Shown: positions 26,181 through 38,766 of the stretch, in pieces
Layout of the letters: the number at the start of each line of letters is the position of its first letter
Numbering within the stretch: the stretch's first letter is position 1
DNA from: Octopus bimaculoides
Taxonomy: Eukaryota
Reading direction: 5' to 3'
Assembly (NCBI RefSeq): GCF_001194135.2
Contig: NC_068984.1
Location: forward strand, 27,811,323 to 27,875,322
Length of the DNA stretch: 64,000 bases
Program-made: the position numbers and the translations under genes
Notes under the pieces: model-generated
Told to the model about the DNA's origin: nothing
Database searches by the model: none
The model's input: the letters and a program-made list of their open reading frames with translations, nothing else

Positions 26181-26273
26181 ACAATATATATTTCGATCAT
26201 AAATCGAGTTGTTCATAACTCAAAAATGTGCTAAATGCATTACAGTTACAGTGTGATTATTTCTTTTATTAAA

Positions 26274-26488
26274 GGCGGCGGAGCTGGCAGAAACGTTGGC
26301 ACACCCGGGCGAAATGCTTAGCGGTATTTCGTCTGTTTTTACGTTCTGAGTTCAAATTCTGCCGAGGTCGACTTTACCTTTCATCCTTTCGGGGTCAATA
26401 AATTAAGTACCAGTTGCGTACTGGAGTCGATCTAATCGACTGGCTTCACCGCCAAAATTTCGGGCCTAGTGCCTAGAGTTGAAAAAAA
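26274..26488 (+). mobile_element. Full-length SINE with perfect 16-bp TSD (MetaSINE-like core, from recall)
   Basis: TSD TATTTCTTTTATTAAA at 26258-26273 and 26489-26504; B-box-like GAGTTCAAATTC; core CTTTCATCCTTTCGGGGTCAATAAATTAAGTACCAG; A-rich tail. Confidence 0.92.
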
Positions 26489-26858
26489 TATTTCTTTTAT
26501 TAAACAGTTAATTTCTTACAACTGTACGATTGCTTTCATACATTCTTGTATTTCTTCAAAGAATAGACAAAGGAATACAAATCTGTATTGAAGTAATCGT
26601 GCATTTGTAAGGTATCATCTAGTTAGTAACAGAAACACATGTAAATTTAGAATTGGCATTTACTAATAACAAAAGCATTGTCGCTCAGGCCTCTCGCTCT
26701 GTATATTTGAGTATGTGTTAAAATGTGTGTGTAATGTTCGTCAATATCCTTTCTTTGCTGTGTGTATTAGTATGCAATATCTTATAAGTGCGGGCTTACA
26801 TTGAAGTAGAGAGTGAAAAAGTATGTTTCAGAGTGATAAGTCAGTGAACATACATAAG

Positions 26859-26944
<86 letters not shown>

Positions 26945-27036
26945 ATGCTTGCGGGTTTGGCCAGTCCCTCTGTGCAAAGTTACGCAGAATAGAAGTAGGA
27001 ATAGTTATTCAAAGCTGTTATTACTTATTAATTGGA

Positions 27037-27250
27037 TGGTGGCAAACTGGCAGAATATGTTGCCTATTAGAAAAAACGCTTAGCCTATATCGCTTCCGTT
27101 TTTACGTTCTGAGTCCAAACTCAGCCGAGGTCGACTTTGTCTTTCATCCGTTCGGGATCGATAGAGTAAGTACCAGTCGAGTACTGGGGTCGATGTAATT
27201 GACTAGATCCTTCTCCCAAATTCCAGGTATTGTACCTACAGGAGAAAGTA
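27037..27250 (+). mobile_element. SINE (family of 26274), diverged
   Basis: GAGGTCGACTTTGTCTTTCATCCGTTCGGGATCGATAGAGTAAGTACCAG core. Confidence 0.8.
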
Positions 27251-27269
27251 TCATTTATCAATTGGAAGC

Positions 27270-27480
27270 TGGCAAGGTACTAGAATTATCAGCTCGTCAG
27301 ACAAAATATTTAGCCGAATTTCTTCCGGCTCTTCACATTCTGATTTCCAATCCCACCGAGGTTAACTTTGCCTTACATCATTTCAGGGTTGATGAAATAA
27401 AGTACCAATCAAGACTTGGGTCTATGTAAACGAAATACTTCCGCCCTTTAAGAGTGCTGGTCTTGTGGCAAGATTAATTA
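27270..27480 (+). mobile_element. SINE (family of 26274), more diverged, tandem to the previous copy
   Basis: CCGAGGTTAACTTTGCCTTACATCATTTCAGGGTTGATGAAATAAAGTACC core. Confidence 0.7.
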
Positions 27481-27566
27481 ATGGAGCTCAAGGCTATTGT
27501 TTTGACTTGGCGTTACAAACCGTTGATGAGTGAAGCTGATGAATAGTTTTAAGATTAATAAGCGAA

Positions 27567-27716
27567 TATTTACATAATTTACATTTGACGGATATATGTC
27601 CTCATCTTGGTTGTTGCTAACACAAGGTTTCGGCTGATATACCCTCCAGCCTCCATTAGTTGTCTTGGGGAAATTTCGAACCTGGGTTCTCGTTCCTAAG
27701 GTATTTTTCGATGTTG

Positions 27717-27796
<80 letters not shown>

Positions 27797-27869
27797 CACT
27801 TAACCAGGTTAAGTGGATAAGAGCGCGGGCTACTAACCCCAAGATTCCGAGTTTGGTTCCAAGCAGTGA

Positions 27870-27923
<54 letters not shown>

Positions 27924-28059
27924 CAACATCGAAAAATCCTTAGGAATGAGAACGTAGGTTCGAAATTTTCCCAAGACGTCTGATGAGGACAAATATCCAT
28001 CAAATGTAAATAATGTAAATAATATACATAATTCCTTATCTCTTAAATATAGAACTGTA
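27567..28059. mobile_element. Head-to-head inverted composite: tRNA-like head, (AAT)n and Penelope-like tail with hammerhead
   Basis: 27567-27793 is the reverse complement of about 27874-28030; junction palindrome CCACTTAACC-A-GGTTAAGTGG; hammerhead-like motif at 27619-27664 (-). Confidence 0.75.
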
Positions 28060-29479
28060 GGTGAAAATTTGTCTGAAAATATGGATTAAAAGAATATTCC
28101 AGAGGATATCAGTTTTGTAGACGATGCAATGGGTGTAGTATTTGAAGATAATCCACTATCTATCATCTCTATTTGAGTGTCTACGCGTCTACTTGATGCT
28201 TTCCGAACAAACATTTTAAAAAGCAGCTTGGTTTGCAAGAAGCTATGCCCATCTCTTGCTCATGCATAACATTGTTTTTATAGTTTCTATGGCTGGGTGA
28301 ACTTCATACTACCATCTACTTTATAAGTTATACTGGGTGCATTTTATAATGAAACTAGCACTCAAGAGATAATCTTGTTTCCAGCAGAACTACATAATCC
28401 TCTTTTATATTATTGTGTGTATATGTGTGCGAATATGTTTACGAGAGTGTTTATGCATGTATATTTGTTAAGATATGTGCGTGTATGAACAAATATATAT
28501 GCAATTACAACGTGTAAGCATGCATCAATGCTCTGAATGTTATGCTTGTGCGTGTATGCGAGCAGATGGATTTGATTGTTTGATTTTTTAATTTATTTTC
28601 TTATTTATCCAAATAATTTTTTACTCAATCTGTCAAAATAAAAAGAGAAAAAATAGTAAATAGCTCCAAACAATTTGATAAACATAAAAAGTTTTTTAAA
28701 AGGCAACAAAAAGAAGAAATAAACAAGATGTCTGCTAAAACATTAATTGTTCCTACATTTTAATTGTATTTCTCCTTCCCCACCAAAAAAATCTGTTAAC
28801 CCTATAAACATGCTAATTTTGATAGTTATTGCTTTGTAATGCATAACTATCTTTTAATAGCAGTTTTAGTTTTAAGTTTACAAATACTAATAACACTTAT
28901 ATACATATAAAAATAGAGCGTCAAAGAAAATTCATATATTCAATTCTATATACTTACATATATATGTGTGTCTGTGTGTGCAATTCATAAATCTACAAAG
29001 AAACAGAGAAACAGACAAACAGAGGGAGAGATGGAATGAGAGAAACTGCAACATTGATTTGTGTGCCATCTTCAATTTCTTCATTTCTTGCCTGACATAT
29101 CCAACAAAAAGAAATAATATTTGAATAAATGGTTGGTGGTCACAGTTTTCATAAGTGACTAAATGACTGAGCTGCTTTTGTTTTTTGTCATTTTGTCCTT
29201 TACTATCTCTCAAGAAGTAAGATTCACTCACTTTTCTTCCAGGGGTCATCATTTTCTCCTGATCCTTCGATTGCATCAAAGTTTCTTCATACCAATACAT
29301 TTAACTGCTTTTAATACTAGTTTTCTGTCTACAAGGTAGGCAATCACTTTCCTTAGGTTGTTAATGACTTCAGTGTTTCGACTTGTATTTCATAAACTAT
29401 TTCGTCTACTTCTTTGGCTTCTCTTTCGCTGCCTTTTTGTCCATGTGTTTTAAATTAGGAGTAGTACTCTGGATTCTGT

Positions 29480-30420
29480 TTTGTATTTCATCCAGAATTT
29501 TCTCCAGCAGCTGCATTTTACACACTTCGACGTTGTCAGCACGTATTCCTGTTGATAGCTTATTCTCAGTGTTGTCAGGTTTGCATGTCTTCTATTGCAG
29601 TTCCTGATAATTAGATTATCAAGTAAGAACTGATCCTTCGATCCCCGGCTCCTTTTTCGGCACACTTTCTGTCCAGTGGGTAGCGGCCCACTTCTTTTCA
29701 AGTATCTCTACAGTTCACCGGCCAAAGCACCTGACAATAGTTTCCATGACGGCCACGTTCATGCTATTTATTATTGTTTTATTATCAATTTTAATTTTTG
29801 GGAGATACGATCGGTGGTCCATACTGAGATCTGTGGCTTTCAATTCTTTGATTATACTAATTTTTAGAGTATCATAATCTTTAGTTTCATCTTCACTGTT
29901 TCCATGTTTTATAATTGTTTCGCATTCACCCCCACTCCCCTACCTCCGTTCATTTTTTTTATCTGTGGTGTTCTGGTTTGGTGCATTTTACTCATCATTA
30001 TACATTCCTACGGTCTAGGCTTGTTGTCTTTCGTCGTTTACTTCGTTTTTGTTGGACATGTAACGGTTGTCTTCGTATTTTACAGTCCCAGTGCTTATGA
30101 TGTTATTTGGCACTGTTGTGTGGATACTATCTACATTTTCCTAATGTATTTTTCCTTTTAAGTGTTCAATTTCTATTTCTGATATTTTTTGTTTTGAGAA
30201 TATATCTCATTATGTTAGCTAGTTTATTAGGGTTCATTGTTTTATCCAAATCTTTATCTAGGTTTTTTTTCCAGATTATATATATGTTGTGTTTTCGGTC
30301 TGTGGGTAGAACACTGCTGTAAAATAAGCGTATAGGATTTGAATATATTCCCCACGTGTCCATTTATGCTTTTTTGATTTTATTTGCGGGACATGGGGAA
30401 TAACACCCGGCCCTTTATTT
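29480..30420 (-). mobile_element. Internally deleted R4/Dong-clade non-LTR retrotransposon
   Basis: N-terminal KWTRGEYIQILYAYFTAVFYP…NPNKLANIMRYILKTK and RT segment WKLLSGALAGELYRYLKRSGPLPTGQKVCRKRSRGSKDQFLLDNLIIRNCNRRHANL. Confidence 0.8.
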
Positions 30421-30834
30421 TGATGGTCATCATTTCCGTAGGGTATTATCATCATCATCATTACCATCATCATCATCATCATTATAATTATTGTACAGTT
30501 AAACATGAATTTAAATCAAAAGATTTTCGGCCTACTTTTTCTTTAACAGTTCAAAAGCTCCGTATATTAATGTAAGACATTCTCGATTGGATATGAGATA
30601 AAAAAATTGTCGACTTTTATTATATTCATTATATATATTGCTTCCGGTATAAATTAATATTACTAAGAAATTTTCTACAAACAACTTTCAGATGGCGTAG
30701 ATAATGATGAAAGACATATTTTATTGCCATCACAGTGTTTACCGTTTTACAAAATCAAACGAGAAAACTGGACAAAACAGAAAAGGAAAAAAGAAAAAAA
30801 AAGAGAAAAAGAAATGAAGAGGAAAAAGGAAAAA

Positions 30835-31225
30835 TAAACAATTCAGCACGGCTATTGAGACATGCCAGCACGCTTGTAGCGTTGCCGCGGGTGATGGCGA
30901 GGCTGATGCGCTGGAACATCCAAGCGCCCTCACCAGCTTCGCCAATTACCTCTGCAAGGGGAGTTGCCAGTGAAGACAGAAATCTCACAGTTAGTGGTCC
31001 GATCCCACCAAATATCTCGAACGCCACAGGATGGAAAATGTAGTTGGCCTACAGATTGTGGTATTTCAGGATTTTGTTCCGCTCGGCCGCAAAAGCTGTG
31101 GATCTCGCCCTGACCGCAGCATCCAGGATATGAGAAGAAGCAAAGGAGTCGCTAACTGTGACATCCTAGACAAGGCATCTGCCTTGCGACCAGGAGCACA
31201 GGGTAAGGCCGTCCAGCAATTTGCA
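30835..31225 (-). mobile_element. CRE-like non-LTR retrotransposon C-terminal RLE endonuclease fragment
   Basis: LDGLTLCSWSQGRCLV*DVTVSDS…AERNKILKY…FHPVAFEIFGGIG…FQRISLAITRGNA; one frame, two TAG stops. Confidence 0.85.
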
Positions 31226-31957
31226 GATGGCAATTCAACTCGGTATATCCTCAGACAAAATTTTGATCTAACCTCTGACAGAGAATTCATAATTATTTTT
31301 ATGTTGATTAAATATTTAAATATCTTCAGAAATGAAAAAAAAATTAATATTTACAGTGGTACTGCTAAAGACATGGTAAAAGTCAGTTAAATTATAATCG
31401 TCTATTCTTATGTTGTTTAACAAAACGTCGTTCATGATCGACCAAGGTGTGACTTCAAAAGATTTAGACCCATGACAACTCTTTTAAGGGATATCAAGGA
31501 TTATCTTATTTAATGTGTCCTTCTGGATAATTCAAATTCTAAGAAAGGTCTGATAATTATTTCTATCAGGTCAATGGATAGTGATCCCCTTGTTGATTTT
31601 AGACAAATGATTTCAATATTTAGTTACGAATCTTTAGTTCAGCTCACACCGATGTCAACGGTGTCTTTCGTCTTTCTAATAAAATACGAGTCAAGTATAG
31701 GGTTCGGTTAAATTAATTAACACTTTCGATCAAATTTCTAGCATTGTACCTATGTTTAAAATTATTGTGTTGTATTGGCAAGCTTATAGAATAAGCAATA
31801 AAACTCCACATGGGCTTTAGTTTATCTTTGTATGTTATAATTTAAAATATTTTTTTATTAAAAGGTTGACATTGTTCATCATTTTAGTGTCGATAAAATT
31901 AAGTACCGTGCAACAACTGGAGTTAATTCAATCGACAAACTCCGCCTTAACCATGTG

Positions 31958-32301
31958 TTAAGTTGATCCGCTCAACGGAACAGCCTGCTCGTGAAATTAA
32001 CGTGCAAGTGGCTGAACACTCCACACACACGTGTACCCTTAACGTAGTTTTCGGGGATATTCAGCGTGACACATTGTGACAAAGCTGACTCTTTGAATTA
32101 CAGGAACAACAAAAACAGGAAGTAAGAGTGAGAGAAAGTTGTGGTGGAAGAGTACAGCAGGGTTCCCCACCATCCCCCAGCCTCGTGGAGCTTTAGGTGT
32201 TTTCGCTCAATAAACACTCACAACGCCCGGCCGGGGAATCGAAACCGCGATCCTATGACCGCGAGTCCGCTGCCCTAACCACTGGGCCATTGCGCCTCCA
32301 C
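31958..32301 (-). mobile_element. tRNA-Arg-derived SINE (OR-like)
   Basis: Head GTGGAGGCGCAATGGCCCAGTGGTTAGGGCAGCGGACTCGCGGTCATAGGATCGCGGTTTCGATTCC; 5' half shared with the 20186 copy. Confidence 0.88.
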
Positions 32302-33105
32302 NNNNNNNNNNNNNNNNNNNNNNNNNNNNNNNNNNNNNNNNNNNNNNNNNNNNNNNNNNNNNNNNNNNNNNNNNNNNNNNNNNNNNNNNNNNNNNNNNNN
32401 NNNNNNNTCACAGATAATCTCACTTGTTGATTATTTGCTACACTGTATGTGTAGCAAATAAATATTTTCATTTTTCTTTTTAATTTTCAAAATCAGCTTT
32501 CCTTTTTAGCAAAAACAAAATGGAAGTACGCAAACATATATGTATCTAAAAAAAAAGAAACAAAAAGAAATCAATTAGAAAAGCGAACTGTTGTAAGACT
32601 CCATTTGAACTGTCAGACTTGCAGACACTGGGAAGACCGCTACTAGCTTTAGGAAATCTCAGTTGGTTCCTCCAAACATTTTTCACACTATTTTGACCAG
32701 AGATCTATCTATAGCTGTATTAGTGTTTACCCAATTAAAACTTTTCGGTGTTGAGGTTACATAGCACTGCGTGTTTTATTATTGATAGTTTCAAATGCCT
32801 TTTGGAAGTTCAAATTCAGTGAGATGAAAATGAAAATATCAACCAATCGTATATTGCTTCTGAGAAACTTTGAAGTCAAAATTTTGCTCTGTCATCAATT
32901 TTTAAACCTTGTTTATGAATTTACTTTATCTTTGTACAACTACTGATTTTTAATATTCTTATGCTTACGCGCACGCACACACACACACACACATATACAG
33001 ATATAGATATACATATATATGCGCACACATATATACATTGTACATAAATTCACCAGTACTGCTATAAATACATACATATGTATGTGTGTGTATATGTGTA
33101 TTATG

Positions 33106-33166
<61 letters not shown>

Positions 33167-33512
33167 GATTGACCAGTGACCGGTCTGTCAAAATGCTAGA
33201 AGAAGCTCACTTAAAAAATTCTCTTATTTTGAAAGTGTTGATTTTGAAACTATAGTCTGCAGATAATCGAAGTATGTACAATTTTCACTGGTCTAGCCCG
33301 CCTGTTTTTGCTCCGCTGAATCCGTATTTGAGAATTTTTTTAAGTGACCNNNNNNNNNNNNNNNNNNNNNNNNNNNNNNNNNNNNNNNNNNNNNNNNNNN
33401 NNNNNNNNNNNNNNNNNNNNNNNNNNNNNNNNNNNNNNNNNNNNNNNNNNNNNNNNNNNNNNTCCTGGTATTAAATTGATATGAATTAATATCGAATTTT
33501 TACCATATTATG

Positions 33513-33559
<47 letters not shown>

Positions 33560-34307
33560 AGTGAGTAGACAAACGACAGAAGGCACTCAACACAATTGCC
33601 GAAGACTAACCACACGTTTGAAACTCAGAGTACCAAGGAGTCTGAATCAAACTGTTTTGATCTATCTCGCTATCAATCTATCTCTCTATTCACATGTTCT
33701 AGTTGGTCAATAAAAAGGAACAGAGAACTTTATACTTGTAAATTGTATTATTTGTTTATTCAAATTGAATTATTTGTTTCGTGATTTGAGTTTTATACCA
33801 TCACAATCTTCAAGTGCGAAAATGCATAACATACTGGCATATACCTCATTATATCTTTATTCTATATATTTTTTTAATTCAAATAGTTGTCAACAGTTGT
33901 ACCAGGTAACTTTATCAGAGAGCCATAGTGAAATGTGCGCTATTAAAGACATGTTTGTCAGGGATTTCTAATACTCTAAAATTGGCTTTTGGAGGCTTAG
34001 ATACTCTATAATGATATTTCTAGATATTTTCCCTTATTAATTTACACTTTCATCACTAAATGCTAATCAAATAATGATATAAATCTAGTAATAATTCGAA
34101 AAGTATGCGCTGAAAATGGTAATGGGATATTAAGTTAGTATTACGAGAAAAATAAAAATATAAACAAAATCTATGAACGAAAGTGGACAGTCAATATAAT
34201 CATGCAGTGAAGAAAGCGGAGAAGTAATTTCAGCGTTTCGGACAATCATTATTTGTCAAGAAAATACAGCTGGCGGAGAACCCCTTCCTCCCTCGGAAAG
34301 AACGCTA

Positions 34308-34440
34308 AGTCCACCGAGATCGACTTTGTCTTTCATTCTTTCGGGGTCGATAAATTAAGTACCAGTTGCGTAGTGGGGTCGATCTAATCGACTGGTCCCC
34401 TTCCCCAAATTTCGGGCCTTGTGCCTAGAGTAGAAAAAGA
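34308..34440 (+). mobile_element. 5'-truncated SINE (family of 26274)
   Basis: CCGAGATCGACTTTGTCTTTCATTCTTTCGGGGTCGATAAATTAAGTACCAG…GGGCCTTGTGCCTAGAGTAGAAAAAG. Confidence 0.85.
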
Positions 34441-37400
34441 AAAGAACCGTAAGTGAAAAATTATAATAATGATAGTGGGGCATGGAAATGGGTAGAGCGG
34501 AAGTGTGTAAAATGGGGGCTGCAAATACTGTAAAGGAAATCAGATAAGTGAAGTAAAAGTAGAAATATGAAGTGAAATGTGTGTAAGCATTTCATGTGTG
34601 TCTGTTTGTGAACGAGTAATAACATTTAATTGAAATGAAACGCTGAATATTCTTGTTAATGTTTTGTACTGCCAGCATTATAAGAATTAAAAATATTTTG
34701 CTATGGCTGTGTATGAAATTAAAACAGAATTATCAAGCTATATACAGTAATACATCAAGTTTAGCGTTGTCTTAAATAAGCATTTCGCCCACTTTAGCAA
34801 TTTCTTGAATAGTGTAAAATTAATAACTATTTTTTAGAAAAGTCGACCGATAAACTTGGCTCATCTTTACATGACAATACGAAAAGGAAATCTAGAACTA
34901 CTTGTGATCAGGGAGCCCAGAATCTTGAACCTTAAGTTATCTGATGTACTTCCTATATATTTCATTCATATAATTTTATAAATGCAGCTTTCAAAATTTA
35001 TATGATGTTAATAATCTAGGCACATGATTTACGTTTGTTTTATTGCCAATTTCAAAATGAGCTTTTGAGGGGGTTCAAGTTGAATGGCATAGCAAACATA
35101 TTTTGGGGGGAGATGAACCCTTTATTTTCTTCGATATGGTATGTAAATTTAATGTTTTTACAAATATGAAACGTTACACTGTTTGTGTTAGGATTTGAAC
35201 TGAAGATTAATCAACTAAAATATTGTTAAGAAGGCATGATATTGATTCTGGTGCTTTCAAACTTTGTAGGAATGTCTCCCCAGTCTTTGTAAAAGAAACA
35301 GTGAAAAGTTTATTTCTTTACATAGTTTTGCAAGTAAAGATTTATTGTCATAGTAGAGAAGTAGTAGAACTGGCCATTTTACATAAGATTATATTTGTGA
35401 GATGCATAAAACTGTCCAGCAAAATATATGGGTAGACGGTTCTCCTACAAAATCTTGAGACTCTGTATAGCCTTGACACAACACAACTCAAACACAGATC
35501 CGCATTTTGTGGATAAAATGAAACGCCTTATGAGTATTGCTCAATATTTGTCAAGATTCCATTTAGTATGCTTTATGAATATAAACTAGAATCATCCCAG
35601 AACTCTAAACATCTTGCAAGATTTATTTAAATATGCAAGATACATGACAGCATTGAAAAATTTTCTAGTTACAATCTACATTTCTTTTAATGTATATTTT
35701 TACTACTCTAGCTATATGTAATATTCGCGAGGACTCCAGCAATCTCTATAGCTGTACAGAGGTATGGTAACATTATGTATATCAAACAATAGATTCACTG
35801 TTAGGTAACTTGAAAGAATAAATTCTAGCATAGAATTGGGTATAGAGAAACGAAATGATGAGAAATTTATAAATATGAAACAGGAAAGTAAGAAAACCTC
35901 TTAATCACACTACAGTGAGTGTTCGTTAGAATAGATAGCACAAATGCACTTATAGTATAGAAATGATTTATCACTACTGGAAATGTTAAAGTTGCAACCC
36001 TATATTTCGATATGTAGGCATTATATCAACATCTTCCATATAATTCCATCAGCAACGACATTAGTATCTTTATTATTTACATTATTCTTTTCACTCATCA
36101 CTACTGTGCTTTGGATCCATTCCTTTATATCTTATGGCTCTCATATCAGGATAAATCTTCTAAAATGAAATTGAATACCATATTCTTAGTGTTCTTTTGT
36201 TCTTGAATGAAACTCTGTGCATCCTCTTTTAATCATCACATGATATTCTCCATAGTATGAGTTAATGATATGCATTAAGTGTTACATTTTACGTTTTTTT
36301 TTTTTTCTTTCATAATTTGACACATCCAATCTTCCCTGCCGAAAAATGATACTTTTAAACTGACTCACTTCGAAGAGGGGGAACTAAATTTGTATACAAA
36401 ACCATACATGGTAAGCGCATAACTTGTTATTTTATTCGATAGTTGTTCGTAGTATTATTTACGCAAACGAAGAGAGGCGGTACTTTACAATTATTTAAAG
36501 ACCGCCTAGATTTGCCAATTCGATTTGATTAATGTTCAGCTTGAACTTCTGGAATCTAATACATATAAATAAAACATAGTCAGGGAGAGACTTCCATACA
36601 GATGCATGTCTGGTGAAAAATAATTAAGCAAAGTGTTTAGCACCGGTTGCGTGAGCTGTAACATCTGACAAGTAGTAAGAAAAACTGAGAGAAAAAGAAA
36701 AGGAATTATCAAGTGGGTTTGGGTAAAAGTGTCATGCGACTTCAGACGAGAAGAAACTGTTTTAGTCATGATAGAAAATAAAAACAAAAGAAAATGAATA
36801 CAATTTCTTTGTATGTTTGTAAGTGTATTTTAATCAGTTCAATATCTGACCATTTAATATGCGTTCTTGATCCACTCATCATTCCTCTTTTATTTTAAGG
36901 ATGTTTACCGTTAATAGTAAACAATAATCAATATGAAACTTTGTAAGGAATCTGAGGGTATTTAATTCTATGTTGTTAATAGGTGAGTTTAGTGCAGGAC
37001 TGCTTCATTGCTATAGTCATCTTAATATGTGTTAATGTTTATGAAAAATTCTGAGTATTTTTGTCTTGGGCATGACGTAAGATGACTTGCTTGCGTGTGT
37101 ATTACTCCTATATCTGCAAAGATAGATAAGTTTGATATTGTTAGTCTCTCGAAATAAAGAGAAAGAGTTTATAAGACATGACAGAATTAAAAAAACTATT
37201 CCATAATAGAGATATGGCTAGAGTCTGTTAGGAAACCTTTGATTCAAAAAATAAGAAACAGGTGTAGACTTTTACCTGACGTACTTAGTGGGAGATTCTT
37301 CTGTCAGACACAATCGAAAGATTTGCTGATGTTAAAGGTAAAACATTACTTTCACCCAAGTTTTCAAAAATAAAAAATCCTCATTACAGATTTGGCTGTT

Positions 37401-38727
37401 ACTGTTAAGCCCCTGTTCTGTGTTCATTGACAAAATCTATTATCAAAGGCATTCCAGCCGTTACTATTCCACACTTTATTAAGTACAACATTTGCCGTGA
37501 CTAGTTTCCCTTTTAAGATGGTACTGTCGGAATCGACGAATAATTGGTTGCTGTTTCTAGCATTTCAAACGACTGCATGGAGAAGCGTTCCCACGTTGGT
37601 CTGTGTTTCTCATACCTGACCGAGCACACCTGTAATAAGAAGTGCTCCAGCCGAGAGCCTGTTTTTTAATGGTAGTAAGACTATATTTTCATTGTCCAAT
37701 ATGCTTTTCTTTACATTATGCAACAAGGTGTATCTTCAAGAAATTTGGTTGTTGTTTCTAGCATGTTAAGCGAGATAATTTTAATAAGACAGAAAATTTA
37801 GGAAAATAAAGAAAATATAGGAATGTGAATGCATGTCTTTAAGCTAATTGGTGTTTCAGTGTCATCTGATCAATCGGTTGATGGTCAATTCAAAGCCAGT
37901 ATCCAAGTCAAAATGCTGCCTGGTTATTCATCGTTAGTAAAACAAAATATTGAATTGTCGTTAAGAAACACAAACTTTCTGGTTTTGTAGATAATAAGAT
38001 GTGGTAAATAATGAAAACTGGAACGTAATATCGAACACCGCCCCACACTTAAACATATTCTTAATTTCGTAAATTTTGTTTCCGGTTACTTTCCTTTGTT
38101 TTACTGAACACACACACACACAAATTGTTATATATATAATAAACTGAAACTATTTTTTTTTTATTTCAAACATCTTATTCTAAAATTAATCAAAAACACA
38201 AAAAAATAGCTATAGAAATCTAAAATAAATCGCACACACAAATTGAGGTATATTGAATTTCAGATTATGAGCAAACTATTTTCAAGAAATTTTTCTGTGT
38301 AAAATCGCAAATTTCTGTCACATTTCTATTGTGCTTATTGTATTTCTTTTGACGTGCTTTTTTCCCTGGATAAATTATTGCGGGTAGGTTGTGATCAACA
38401 TATAAGCCATAACGGGACTAAATAATTGTTGATATATGAGTTATTGTCATTGAAATCTAATCTGTATCGCTGGTATATATTTTACTTTACAAATGAATTT
38501 ATATACGTAATGTATTAAACAAAACCAGCTCAAAACATTCCGAGAACCACTCGCAGCAATTCTACAGATATTCGTCTCTTTGTGTTGAGAAACAATTGCT
38601 ATTTTACCAATGCACTTTAAACTGAAACCAACATGAACATTATAAACTGAAATAGGAATAAGAATGAAATAACCTGATGACATTGCAACGCATTGACAGG
38701 CAAAGAACTGACCGACGATAAATTATC

Positions 38728-38766
38728 CTAGCGGTGTTTCGGTCTTATTAGACTTTATCAGTGAAG
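38728..38766 (-). ncRNA. Degenerate hammerhead-like motif
   Basis: CTGATAA-AGTC-taataa-GACC-GAAACACC; core and stems partly mutated. Confidence 0.35.

Noticed and set aside
32700-32900. Minus-strand LNFQKAFETIN resembling the LINE RT DFxKAFD motif
   Set aside because: Single degenerate motif; too weak to call.
33207-33347. About 17-bp inverted repeat TCACTTAAAAAATTCTC
   Set aside because: Probably subterminal repeats of a DNA transposon, but truncated by a gap and unclassifiable.
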